The notes under the pieces: model-generated
Databases searched by the model: none
What the model saw: the letters and a program-made list of their open reading frames with translations, nothing else
What the model was told of the DNA's origin: nothing
Program-made: the position numbers and the translations under genes
DNA from: an uncultured Acidobacteriota bacterium
GTDB taxonomy: Bacteria > Acidobacteriota > Terriglobia > Terriglobales > Acidobacteriaceae
DNA length: 64,000 nt
Assembly: GCA_963735505.1 (NCBI GenBank)
Contig: CAVTLR010000007.1
Coordinates: 323,807 to 387,806 of the forward strand
Direction: 5' to 3'
In this document: positions 56,950 to 64,000 of the stretch, one piece after another
Numbering within the stretch: position 1 is the first letter of the stretch
Layout of the letters: each line of letters opens with the position of its first letter

Positions 56950-59193
56950 TCAACTGTTGCGAAGCCAATCCCGATAAATTTCGGAGTCTTGCTGCGATGT
57001 GTTGAGAATCCTTAGTTTTCTCATCACAGCGGAGGTATCCGGTATACGTTGCGCGTAGCTTTGATGCACGTCCTGCTCGGTAAGAGTGGTGCCATCAGCA
57101 TCGACTGCGTCAACAATCCAAACAGGACGCGGATAGACGGCTGCGGAAAGGTCGGGTACATCGAAGTGCCGCAAAATTCCGGGGACGAACCAATCAAGCT
57201 GCAGCGAATAGCCGGTAGACTGCACGATGGACATATAACTGATCAGCATTCGAGTGAGAAGAATGGATCGAATGCGTTGATCAAGTACCGCGGCCATAAG
57301 CGCCGCCAGGCCAGCTTCCTCCTGTCCGACGATGCGCAGTTGCGACATATCGACATCTGGTCGCGTAGTAAGGTAATCGAGAGTGCGCACAATGTCCCAG
57401 ACTCTCTGCCCAATGACGGGGTATCCCAGCACCAGATTTGCCCAGGCCAACCCTTCCTGCACATGCATTTGCTGATAGAAGACCGGTCCTCCGCGCGGAG
57501 GTCGCGGCGTGGAAAGTCCAGTCCCCCGTAACGCGACGGAGCAGACCGCGTGGCCTTCGCGAAGGACGGCGTCGAATGGACTCGGCTCTCCTACCGCTTC
57601 GTCGGCATATCCGTTGCTTATATAAAGAACGCAGGGATATTTTGTAGCTCCATCCTGGGGCGTAACAAACCAGCCGACAATGCGAACTCCGGGTTCAGAC
57701 TCAAACTGAACTTCTTCAATCCGTTCATTTTTCCTGATGTTCGTAGAAAGCGCTTGAGCCTGGAGCGCCGTTTTTTCCGACGGCAGCTGGAGTAACTTCG
57801 TAAGCTGCGTGCGAACTTTTTCTCTGGCATCCGACGGATTGGTCTCGGTCTTGAAGTAACTCGGTGGGAACAGCTTTTTCGCGCGATCGGTATTGAGCTG
57901 AACTACAGACCTGCCATGAAGAGATGTTGTAACTTGGCCTGTCGAAGTGGCGTTCAACGCGCTATCTGGCACGTCATCATATTCCGCTTCCTCCACGCCC
58001 GCTTCCATCTTTCCAAACCATTGATTGAACCAACCATAGATGGCTCGGCGGGAAAAGAAATCCATTCCGTGAGGTAAGTCCCCCGCAAATAGTCCTACTT
58101 TATTTTTGGCCCCAAGAATTCCGTAAATACGAGTCAGCTCATCGTAGTTTTCGATGACGGCCTCTGTGTTGAGCGGCCCGTACGTTTCTCCTTCGTCATT
58201 CTTCGTGTAACAGACCAACAAGGGCTTGGGAGCAAACGCGGCAAGCAAATCTCCGCGGTCTATGCACAAAGGGAGACTACCTACAATGTCGGTTTCCGCA
58301 TCGGAGATGGAGCCTGGTGGGTCGTAGAAGGGTCCAGCCACATTCGCAAAGTTGCCCTCGATCGCAACCGCCGTATGGATGCGCGGCTCGAGAGCCCCAA
58401 GAAACATGGTCATCGTTCCGCCGCCAGATTGACCAGTGCACCCAATGCGCTGCGAGTCTACATCGGATCGCGTTAGCAGATAGTCAAGACTGCGAATGCC
58501 GTCCCAGGCGAGATACAGGGCGAACGTCTCGCCGAACAATATCATTGGCCTTCCCGCCTGCGTGTGCTCCATTGAGATCGCATGGAATCGGGTACGGTTG
58601 GTTCCCGGCTGAAGATACTGGATTCTTTCGCCTTGTCCGAATGGATCCCAAGTCAAAACAATGTATCCCTTCCTGGCAAGATTCTGATACGTGTACTGGT
58701 ACCGCATTGCGGCTTTGCCGTTGGCGGTGTGTCCAATGGGCGCAAGAATTGTCGGGAATGGGGGCTGGCCGGTTGTGGGCACGTAGAGATTTGCCGTTAC
58801 ATAAATTTGCGGCATGCTTTCAAAGATGAGTTTTTCGATACGATATCCACTTCGTTCGAGCGTACCGGTGATACGTGGATTCAGAGGAGTTTCTTCCGGA
58901 CGCCCGCCCACAAGCTGCCAAAGCTGGGAGCGCACACTTTCGTTGCGGGCCTCCGCCTGTTGCCTCGATTGAATCTGTGCCAGCAGGGCCCGGCGCGCTT
59001 CTCTGGCTCGGTTCATGTTTCTCGCGATGGAATCGGGCCAGTCGTTCCAGAATTCTCTGTGCGATCGTGGGAACTGGTTTTCTCTAACCAAGCTGCTCGG
59101 CGCAACGTCGCCGAGGACCGGCGCAGGAACACCCAGTACGGACGCGGCAGCAACGGTTATGTTTGCCGCTAAGAACCTTCGGCGCGTTACCAT
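56950..59193 (-). CDS. Tat-signal alpha/beta hydrolase (acetyl-xylan-esterase/dienelactone-hydrolase-like), two-domain
   Basis: MVTRRRFLAANITVAAASVLG (twin-Arg). Nucleophile elbow IGCTGQSGGG. 747 aa. Confidence 0.75.
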   Translation of the reverse strand: MVTRRRFLAANITVAAASVLGVPAPVLGDVAPSSLVRENQFPRSHREFWNDWPDSIARNMNRAREARRALLAQIQSRQQAEARNESVRSQLWQLVGGRPEETPLNPRITGTLERSGYRIEKLIFESMPQIYVTANLYVPTTGQPPFPTILAPIGHTANGKAAMRYQYTYQNLARKGYIVLTWDPFGQGERIQYLQPGTNRTRFHAISMEHTQAGRPMILFGETFALYLAWDGIRSLDYLLTRSDVDSQRIGCTGQSGGGTMTMFLGALEPRIHTAVAIEGNFANVAGPFYDPPGSISDAETDIVGSLPLCIDRGDLLAAFAPKPLLVCYTKNDEGETYGPLNTEAVIENYDELTRIYGILGAKNKVGLFAGDLPHGMDFFSRRAIYGWFNQWFGKMEAGVEEAEYDDVPDSALNATSTGQVTTSLHGRSVVQLNTDRAKKLFPPSYFKTETNPSDAREKVRTQLTKLLQLPSEKTALQAQALSTNIRKNERIEEVQFESEPGVRIVGWFVTPQDGATKYPCVLYISNGYADEAVGEPSPFDAVLREGHAVCSVALRGTGLSTPRPPRGGPVFYQQMHVQEGLAWANLVLGYPVIGQRVWDIVRTLDYLTTRPDVDMSQLRIVGQEEAGLAALMAAVLDQRIRSILLTRMLISYMSIVQSTGYSLQLDWFVPGILRHFDVPDLSAAVYPRPVWIVDAVDADGTTLTEQDVHQSYAQRIPDTSAVMRKLRILNTSQQDSEIYRDWLRNS

Positions 59194-59688
59194 GCGGAAT
59201 CCTTCTCCGAACCTCTATCGCAAATAGCATCGGTAAATTTATCGGTCAACTCTATGCCGCGTGCCCAGTCAACTCCAGATTCTTCAAGTCCAAACGCTAG
59301 GGCAATCCTTCGAAAGTTGTCAAGATACACTTTGGGGCAAGCTAGACACTTTGCACCGACAAGCACTCGACCGTATGACATCATACTGAGCTCGACGGCG
59401 ATCAACGCGGAACTCGTGCGATCTCAACAAACCGACAGCGAGGACCGGAGATTCAGGCGCACACAATCTGTGTGGAGTGATGAAGTCCGCTGATGAATCG
59501 GGCGACAATTTGTCCCTGCGCAGCAGAAATTGAGCTGATCTTGCACCTCACCGTCGCGTGTGTTACACCTGAATTGGCGAAGGAATCCGCCATAATTGCC
59601 CTCTATATTGGAGCGGCTGATGACTCCTGCGACGGTGCGGGGGTCTTTTTATTTGCTCCTGCGCCGAGATGCGAAAGTGAGCGACAGA

Positions 59689-59997
59689 ATGGACTATCTG
59701 AATCTTCCCATTGGCGATAAGGCTCCGGACGTCGTCACCACTGTGGTTGAAATTCCTCTCGACGGCGTCAACAAATACGAATACGGCAAGACGTTGCACT
59801 TGTTCCGACTGGACCGAAACCTCTATTCGCCCGTGCACTACCCAGGCGACTACGGTTTTATTCAGCAAACGATCGCAGAAGTCCTGGAACATAAGCGAAC
59901 CCAGGTACTCGGTTGGAAGGATCGAGAAATGGCGCGCGAGGTCATTCTGTCCAGCCATCAACGCTATACAAATAACAAAGCGAGTGAGATCGTCTGA
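59689..59997 (+). pseudogene. ppa: family I inorganic pyrophosphatase with an in-frame internal deletion of the catalytic core
   Basis: MDYLNLPIGDKAPDVVTTVVEIPLDGVNKYEYGKTLHLFRLDRNLYSPVHYPGDYGFIQQTIAE is joined directly to VLEHKRTQVLGWKDREMAREVILSSHQRY. The DGDPxD signature and about 75 following residues are absent (102 aa versus about 175 aa). Confidence 0.7.
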
Positions 59998-60011
59998 AAG
60001 AGACTTCCACC

Positions 60012-60761
60012 GTGATCAGTTCTTTTTCTGCGAAACAGGTAGCTACACGCGAATATGTTAGCTGCGTCGAACGCGAAGAGGAAATGATCCGGCTTCGAAC
60101 CCAGGTCACGGCACGCAAATCCATTCTGGTCTTCGGGCCGGAAGGGGTGGGCAAATCGAGATTGCTGCGCGGTTTCGTCGAAGGTCGTCCGCAGGCCCTT
60201 TACGTTGCACAAACGCACTCGCCTCACGCATTTCTCGTCTCGTTGCTCATCGCAATGCGTTCGGTCGTAAATCCAGAGGTGACACCCGACAATCCCACAA
60301 CTTTATCGACAGTTTCATTAAAGGGAATTGTGCGCCGATTCCTGGAGAACCACTCATTCCTGCTGGTGCTCGATCAACTCAATGGCCCCTCTCGAGCTGT
60401 CACGGGCCTAATCAAGGACCTACATCACTTCGGACGCACGCCAGTGGTCTTCGCTTCCAGGTCACCGCACATGGAGGACATCGGCGCGCTGCAACCCCTT
60501 TGTGCAGACAAATCGGAGCGCATTGAGATTAAAAACTGGCCGCGGTCTATAGCGCTCGAATTTGCGTATCGCGAGGCGGAGAAAACGCGACTTTCAGCGT
60601 CCAACCTGGACCCGGCGGTACAAATGATGGTCGAGTGGAGCAACGGAAATCCAGCCGCAATCCTTCACATGCTGAAGAGGGCCCACCTGCCCCAGTACAG
60701 ACTGGGCGATCAGATCAAAGCCCACGTCCTTTACCTGGATTATCGAATGGGGCGTCGCTAG
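60012..60761 (+). CDS. small stand-alone AAA+/P-loop ATPase (AAA_22, ExeA/TniB-like)
   Basis: Walker A FGPEGVGKS and Walker B FLLVLDQ. The C-terminal SNGNPAAILHMLKRA resembles the helical lid of ExeA/TniB-type ATPases. GTG start 14 nt after the ppa remnant. Confidence 0.6.
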   Translation: MISSFSAKQVATREYVSCVEREEEMIRLRTQVTARKSILVFGPEGVGKSRLLRGFVEGRPQALYVAQTHSPHAFLVSLLIAMRSVVNPEVTPDNPTTLSTVSLKGIVRRFLENHSFLLVLDQLNGPSRAVTGLIKDLHHFGRTPVVFASRSPHMEDIGALQPLCADKSERIEIKNWPRSIALEFAYREAEKTRLSASNLDPAVQMMVEWSNGNPAAILHMLKRAHLPQYRLGDQIKAHVLYLDYRMGRR

Positions 60762-60928
60762 CACTCGAAGAGCTAAGAACGATTCCACCGCCATCATGAG
60801 ACACAGGCATCGACAGACATTCCATTCCACTATGCATGCTGACCAACACAGCGATGGCCGGCAAAAAGTCACAATGTTCATTTCGCGTGGAGGAAACTCT
60901 CAATGTACAGAAACCGTCCAATCACCCA

Positions 60929-61909
60929 ATGACTACCATTACGCTGGAAGAACACTTCATTACCGAATCCTTTCTCCGAGCCATCGGGGCGCATGACAGG
61001 GAGAATCCGCTGCGATTTGCGGAGTTGCAATCCAAGCTCCTCGACATCGGCGCGAGCCGGATCGCCGACATGGACAAATCAGGAATCGATCTACAAGTGC
61101 TTTCTCTTGCCGCGATGGGATTCGAAGCGCTCGACGCTGACACAGCCAGTCCGCTGGCTCGCGACATCAATGACGAGCTCGCCGACGCAATGCGTTCCCA
61201 CCCCAGACGATTTGGCGGCTTTGCCGCTCTTGCCATGAAGACCCCCATCAGCGCAGCTGCTGAACTGGACCGCTGTGTTACACGTCTTGGATTTCAGGGC
61301 GCTCTGCTCAATGGCACCGTCGGTCGTCTCTTTCTAGACGACCCAAAGTTCCTCCCGGTCTTTGAGGCCGCCGCTCACCTCGGAGTTCCCATCTACCTTC
61401 ACCCTGCGCCACCTCCGGAGCCGGTTCGCGAGGCGTATTATTCCGGCCTTCCCGGTGAACTCGGCTTACTTCTGTCCATCGCGGGGTGGGGCTGGCATGC
61501 GGAGACCGGCCTCCATACCCTGCGGCTCATCGTCTCTGGCCTGTTTGATCGCCTGCCCACTTTGCAGCTCATTATCGGCCACATGGGAGAGGGGCTGCCC
61601 TATGCGCTCGCCCGCTCCAGCGGCGTCCTCTCTCACGCCGCACCGCGTCTCCGCCAGCCAGTCGCCGATTATTTCCAATCCAACATTCACTGCACCACAA
61701 GCGGATATTTCACCGTGCCACCGTTGCAGTGCGCCATCGAGGTCGTCGGCATCGACCGCCTTCTTTTCTCCGTGGATTACCCTTACAGCCCTAATACGCG
61801 CGCTCGGGCCTTTCTCGATAGTCTTTCGAATGTTCTCGGTGCAGATGACATGATGAAGCTCACCTATCGCAATGCCGAACGCGTGCTGAATCTGCGCTCC
61901 ACCGCGTGA
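60929..61909 (+). CDS. amidohydrolase-2 family protein (ACMSD-like metal-dependent hydrolase/decarboxylase)
   Basis: Motifs MTTITLEEHF, GIDLQVLS, GFQGALLNG, IYLHP, IIGHMGE and FSVDYPY. ATG at 60929. Confidence 0.8.
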   Translation: MTTITLEEHFITESFLRAIGAHDRENPLRFAELQSKLLDIGASRIADMDKSGIDLQVLSLAAMGFEALDADTASPLARDINDELADAMRSHPRRFGGFAALAMKTPISAAAELDRCVTRLGFQGALLNGTVGRLFLDDPKFLPVFEAAAHLGVPIYLHPAPPPEPVREAYYSGLPGELGLLLSIAGWGWHAETGLHTLRLIVSGLFDRLPTLQLIIGHMGEGLPYALARSSGVLSHAAPRLRQPVADYFQSNIHCTTSGYFTVPPLQCAIEVVGIDRLLFSVDYPYSPNTRARAFLDSLSNVLGADDMMKLTYRNAERVLNLRSTA

Positions 61910-62028
61910 CGCTTGCCTCGCTGTAGCCGGCAAAAACGTCAAGAAGCCGAGGTCCAATGCCGACACCATCTGGTCATCGCTGTTCTCTGCGCCTACAATC
62001 ATCCCGACCCAGCTGAACGGCGGCAAAA

Positions 62029-63387
62029 ATGAATAAACGCGAATTTCTCAAGGGTTCAGCCGCCACAGCAGCAGCGATGATGACGACGGCTTTGCCCGAA
62101 CCCGATGCACTCGCCGATGCCATGATCCCAAGAACCAATTGGTCCGGCAATTATCACTACTCGACCAATCGTGTCTTCCAGCCCGCAACCATTTCTGAAG
62201 TGCAGGACGCCATCCGCAGCGTTGCAGGAGTTCGCGCTCTCGGTACCCGTCACTCCTTTAACGACATCGCGGATTCAAAGATTGCGCAAATCTCCACTCT
62301 CAACCTGACGGATGTAAGCCTCGACGCGAAAACACGCACCGCCACCGTCGGTGCAGGAATCCGTTACGGCGACTTGGCGATCATCCTCGACGGGAAAGGT
62401 TTTGCGCTCCATAATATGGCCTCGCTGCCGCACATCTCTGTAGGCGGAGCTTGCTCCACCGCGACCCACGGTTCAGGTATGCGCAACGGCAATCTTGCCA
62501 CAGCAGTCACCTCCATTCAATTCGTCGCCGCCGACGGAGCTGTCCACTCCCTCTCCCACGACAAGGATCGCGGTCGATTCGCGGGCGCAGTCGTCGCACT
62601 CGGATCTCTTGGCGTCGTCACCCATCTGACCCTCGCCGTCCAACCCCGCTACGAAATGACCCAGATCGTCTACCAGAACCTTCCTTTCAGCGAACTGGAA
62701 CACCATCTCGCCGACATCATGGGAGCCGGGTACAGCGTTTCCATTTTTACCGACTGGCAGAACGGTCGTGCCGGCGAGGTCTGGATCAAGCGCCGCGTCG
62801 ATCAGGGGGGCGCCTCTACGCTTCCCGCCCATTTCTACAATGCAACCCTCGCGACCGAGAAGCTTCATCCCATCCCTGGCCACTCCCCCGACGCATGCAC
62901 TGACCAGCTCAACATCGTGGGGCCCTGGTACGAGCGGCTTCCGCACTTCAAAATGAACTTCACGCCTTCCAGCGGACACGAGCTGCAAACGGAGTTTTTT
63001 GTGCCATTTGATCGCGGTTATCAAGCCATCCGCGCAGTCGAAACTCTCCGCGACAGCATCACTCCGCATCTCTACATCACCGAACTCCGTGCTATCGCCG
63101 CCGACAATCTGTGGATGAGCATGGCGTATCAGCGGCCATCGCTCGCCATCCACTTCACCTGGAAGCTCGAAACCGACGCGGTGATGAACCTGCTGCCGCA
63201 GATTGAGGCCAAGCTCGCCCCGTATGGTGCCCGCCCCCACTGGGCCAAGGTCTTTGCGATGAACACCCGACAGATCGCCCCGCTCTACCCCCGAATTCAG
63301 GACTTCCGTGCCCTTACCCAGGAATTCGATCCCAAAGGAAAATTCCGCAACCGATATATTCGCAACCATATCGACACAGACGAATAA
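62029..63387 (+). CDS. FAD-binding oxidoreductase of the alditol oxidase/D-arabinono-1,4-lactone oxidase family, with a Tat-like signal
   Basis: MNKREFLKGSAATAAAMM, then NWSGNY, LGTRHSFNDIAD, PHISVGGACSTATHGSG and a C-terminal ALO-type HWAK motif. Confidence 0.85.
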   Translation: MNKREFLKGSAATAAAMMTTALPEPDALADAMIPRTNWSGNYHYSTNRVFQPATISEVQDAIRSVAGVRALGTRHSFNDIADSKIAQISTLNLTDVSLDAKTRTATVGAGIRYGDLAIILDGKGFALHNMASLPHISVGGACSTATHGSGMRNGNLATAVTSIQFVAADGAVHSLSHDKDRGRFAGAVVALGSLGVVTHLTLAVQPRYEMTQIVYQNLPFSELEHHLADIMGAGYSVSIFTDWQNGRAGEVWIKRRVDQGGASTLPAHFYNATLATEKLHPIPGHSPDACTDQLNIVGPWYERLPHFKMNFTPSSGHELQTEFFVPFDRGYQAIRAVETLRDSITPHLYITELRAIAADNLWMSMAYQRPSLAIHFTWKLETDAVMNLLPQIEAKLAPYGARPHWAKVFAMNTRQIAPLYPRIQDFRALTQEFDPKGKFRNRYIRNHIDTDE

Positions 63388-63925
63388 AGGCGGCTTTAGG
63401 AACAAGCCCTCTGCCGGTTCGTCAGGTGAGGACGCTCGACCCACGGACCTGAAGTTGGCCTAGCCTATCTCCCAGATAGGACTTGAGTGGCCGGGCTGAA
63501 ATCAGCCTGCCAATGGTCGGGATCGCGAAAAAATATAGACGCAAAATCCATCGATGCCGGACGAGAAGTAGCTCCCAAATAAAGTCTACGCAGGGCTGAA
63601 CTCCCACAACATTTTGTAGCGACTCCAGCCAGTTGGAGGTTCCTTTTGTTGGGCATCGGATCCGATGGTCGCGATGCTAAGGTCTTTCAGCAGATTAGCG
63701 GAATGAACGAATTGCCCTGCCTTGGCTGGCGACTTGCACTACAACAATTACGCCCGGAGGGACAGGCTTGCGCGCCGAATTCGGTCGGCAGGACGCCGGA
63801 CAGGGTAAAAATTTGCTGCACCCACCCAGCTCGCATGGCGAGTCGGAGATTACGCGCTTCACCGGGCCTGACTTCATTATGCTGCTCAGCACCGGAGGCT
63901 GGTAGCCAGAAAGAATGAGGACACG

Positions 63926-64000
63926 ATGGTTCACAATCCGGAATCGGACCGCCTCGAAGAGACTCGCACCGCAAACGTACCGTGGAAAAAATGGGGACCC
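63926..64000 (+). CDS. 5' end of a GH63-like (MGH1-type) glucosidase gene, running out of the window
   Basis: MVHNPESDRLEETRTANVPWKKWGP matches my recollection of the conserved N-terminus (...NWKRWGPYLSERQWG) of this family. Only 25 codons are visible. Confidence 0.4.
   Translation, partial: MVHNPESDRLEETRTANVPWKKWGP

Noticed and set aside
59194-59688. Four overlapping 62-79-aa ORFs in the 495-bp gap between the alpha/beta hydrolase gene and ppa.
   Set aside because: They overlap one another on both strands and have no RBS, signal or motif support. The gap is more likely a divergent promoter region.
62473-63444. 323-aa minus-strand ORF covering the 3' two-thirds of the FAD oxidase gene.
   Set aside because: The plus-strand frame has FAD-binding and ALO-type motifs end to end, so the antisense ORF is a shadow.
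63388-63925. Small ORFs (61-95 aa on both strands) between the FAD oxidase and the GH63-like start.
   Set aside because: Their translations are Cys/Arg/Pro-rich, and no frame shows conserved-looking sequence. I treat the region as non-coding or decayed.
1-64000. CRISPR arrays, tRNA/rRNA genes, IS elements, integrases, prophage or known defence-system genes.
   Set aside because: I saw no regularly spaced direct repeats, no tRNA T-arm/acceptor signatures and no transposase, integrase or reverse-transcriptase-like translations in any listed ORF. This absence is judged by eye only.

Overview
This is a 64-kb chromosomal segment. By eye I found no rRNA, tRNA, CRISPR array, transposase, integrase or phage genes. 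All product calls come from motif recognition in the supplied translations, and no database search was run. The gene content points to a soil Acidobacteriota (Terriglobia-like) genome, which is an inference. That content includes two TonB-dependent receptors over 1,100 aa with carboxypeptidase-regulatory-like N-termini, a DUF5107-TPR protein, many Tat-signal oxidoreductases and a large Wzx/Wzy EPS locus.

Layout:
- 573-15896: a complete Wzx/Wzy-type exopolysaccharide locus with 5 glycosyltransferases, an EpsG-type polymerase, 2 methyltransferases, a flippase, a giant Wza/SLBB exporter, a frameshifted Wzz-like co-polymerase and a priming transferase. Its base composition is visibly mosaic.
- 16014-21993: a GH20-like hydrolase, a PQQ dehydrogenase with a di-haem cytochrome c, and tdh.
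- 22306-36917: mgtC, then a PUL-like sugar locus (TBDR, DUF5107-TPR, sugar porter, TBDR, LacI).
- 37050-39718: a DHA2 efflux pump, a DsbA-like protein and a peroxiredoxin.
- 39657-44542: a Tat-exported TIM-barrel and Gfo/Idh/MocA pair carrying three reading-frame anomalies, followed by a DUF5009 protein and an SMP-30 lactonase.
- 44740-48385: an OYE reductase, Trx2, an orphan PD-(D/E)xK-like protein and dinB with a candidate SOS box.
- 49824-56844: a phosphoesterase/PLC-family protein, a multicopper oxidase, and an orphan pstS followed by an MFS transporter.
- 56950-64000: an alpha/beta hydrolase, an internally deleted ppa, an orphan AAA+ ATPase, an amidohydrolase, a Tat FAD oxidase and the start of a GH63-like gene.

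No known defence or mobile system is evident. The most unusual items are the DUF5107-centred sugar locus, the decaying Tat TIM-barrel/Gfo pair, the orphan nuclease-like gene next to dinB, and the gutted ppa with its adjacent ATPase.
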